From NCBI GenBank assembly GCA_013265495.1, contig MU057999.1:868001-932000 (forward strand): DNA of 64,000 nt, given 5' to 3'. The DNA comes from Vicugna vicugna. Its lineage: Eukaryota. Made by a program: the position numbers and the translations under genes. Below, one piece after another: positions 62,101 through 64,000 of the stretch. Below the pieces are notes generated by a model that was not told the origin of the DNA, searched no databases, and saw nothing but the letters and a program-made list of their open reading frames with translations. Positions within the stretch are counted from its first letter, which is position 1. The number at the start of each line of letters is the position of its first letter.

Positions 62101-63572
62101 TGTTTCCCTCATCCTCCATTTTTCTTGTGTCCAGGCCCGTTTGGAGGAGCCTCAGACAGAGGGACCAGGACTAGAGGAGCCTGGCATCTCTGCTGTGCCC
62201 TCACATCAGCCTGTGGCTGAGTTAGCCTCTGTGAGGAGGCAGGGGGCTTGGTCTAGAGCTTCAAAAACTGGAGAACCTTCCCTTCTCCCCACGCCACTGA
62301 GTTACCAAGTTCTGTCCGTCCTGCTGCTAAGGATCTCTGAAACCTTTCCTTTCTCCCCGTTGCTCCAGTTATACTGCAGTTAGGCCCTCTCTGGTCATCC
62401 TCGCTCCTGTCCTGGCCGCTCAGTGCATCCTCCACATGGCTGCCTGCCTCGGGGGTCTTCCCACAAAGCAAAGCTAGTCTTGGCCATCTGTGCAGAACTC
62501 TTTAGGTGTCTCTACTACTTCAGGATAAAATCTGGCGCACCTCGTCCTCCCTTAGCACCAGGACATTGTGTATTTTGTTCCCTAAGTTATCTCCAGAACT
62601 CTCTCTTATGGCCCCACCTCATGCTTCTGGCCAAACGGTGCCCTGGGGTTCCCAGAGTTGAGTCTGGTTTTCGGTGTTACTCACACACCCTTTCCTCTTC
62701 CCGGATTTCCTTTCTCTGCCTCTTCGATTTGTTCTGCTCAGGTCTGCTCAATGGCTCCCGCTTACTGAGCCTTCCCTGTCTCCCCGACAAAGGCTTGTCA
62801 GCAGCCCTTGCTTCTGTGCCCCGAGTGCTTTGTAAACATCGACCCTGGTGGCCTGCATCACAGGGTACCGGCAGCGTCTTCTCTCTCCCATTCCTCCCAC
62901 GAGATTGTGCGCTCCCTGTGGGCAGGACAGCCTCCAGGTCACTTCTGTGGCTCCTCATTCAGCCCAGAGCAGGTGTTACAAGGACTCACTGTGCACATGT
63001 TGAATGAGTGAATGAATGAATGGGAGAGCGGCGTGGGAACCACACAGTGATGTGTGAGGTGGTGGATGCTGCTGCCCTCTGGCTTCAGAGGAGTAGAATA
63101 GAGCCAGTCTTCTTCAGTTTCCTCTCCTACCATGCTGTTCCCCTGAAGGGCAGGGCTGGGGCCTTGGTCCTGGGATCTGAAAGCTAGACAGACACTCAGG
63201 ATTTCTGGCCCTGTGATGTACCTTGTCAAAGCCCCCAGGGAAACAGAATCAAGCTGTTGGAGGATCTTTCCTTAGGGAAATAAATATTCTCAACTTATAT
63301 TTAGAATGGTACTGTATCTTCTACATTATGGTTTGACTGACAGAAGAAGTGTGTTTAAGGTATTTTTAACTTGGAATCTTAAGAAGATGAAATCTAGTGA
63401 TTAGATCTTTGAAAGCTATTGTGTAATTTAAAAACTTTGGTAAAGGAGTATGTTTAAATGAAGAAAGAAAAAAAAATAGGCAACCAGATTGATGTGTTTC
63501 AGTTCTCTCTGTAACTTTAGAATTTTTTGTTCCAAAGGAATCCATTGTCTTCAGAAAGTGGCAACCAACAAT

Positions 63573-63606
63573 GTGTGTGTGTGAGTGTGTGTGTGTGTGT
63601 GTGTGT
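63573..63606. repeat. (TG)n microsatellite, one interruption
   Basis: Directly visible. Confidence 0.93.
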
Positions 63607-64000
63607 AGCTCATACCATTCTTTATAAATAGCTCAAGATTATGTTCTTCGCCTCAAGACAAGAAAACATTGTAGAACAGGCCTTTTTCACTCTGTTGACA
63701 GAGACAGGGAGGCCTTTGAGGAAGTTATTACTGTGATCAGCATTATTCCTGTTTTGGAGAAGGAAAAAAATTGCAAAGGAAAGTGTTTAAATGACCAGCC
63801 CAAGACCATTCAGTCAGTGCGTGGTATAGATGGTGTTTGAGCCCAGACTCTCTTCCCCGAAATCATATATTTTTATGGTTATTTTGATGTCTGAATGCAG
63901 AAGCTGTTTTTGTTATCCCCACGTTGCACTGTGGGGACCTTGGTGGGTAGAGCTGTGTGCTGCTTACCTCTTGCTGCGTAACACACACCTCCACAGAGGC

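Noticed and set aside
38074..64000. EPHB1 exon 4 (expected to start with ACPAGTFK-like sequence)
   Set aside because: No such sequence seen; intron 3 appears to extend beyond the window. Exon 1 is likewise not present upstream.

Overview
Mammalian (eutherian) genomic DNA, not prokaryotic. It is probably from a camelid, judging by tRNA-Ala-derived Vic-1-like SINEs and artiodactyl-type L1 3' ends; that species call is an inference. The window lies inside the EPHB1 (ephrin type-B receptor 1) gene on the + strand. It covers the end of intron 1, coding exon 2 (14519-14583, 65 nt, missed by the ORF track), the 22.65-kb intron 2, coding exon 3 (37234-37915, 682 nt; ligand-binding and cysteine-rich region) and the first ~26 kb of intron 3. 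The rest is ordinary intronic sequence with L1, L2, MIR, MaLR/ERV1 solo LTRs, SINEs and microsatellites. Almost all other ORFs in the track look like chance ORFs in GC-rich DNA. I found no convincing new biological system. The most interesting testable observations are: a stop-free in-frame exon 2-3 back-splice circle, a SINE/L1-tail chimera, a nested L1 cluster with intact target-site duplications (TSDs), a MER41-like LTR with a GAS-like motif, an antisense TATA/acceptor/ORF cluster, and an unidentified ancient transposon-like tract. Repeat family names come from remembered consensus sequences, not a database search, and old-repeat boundaries are approximate.
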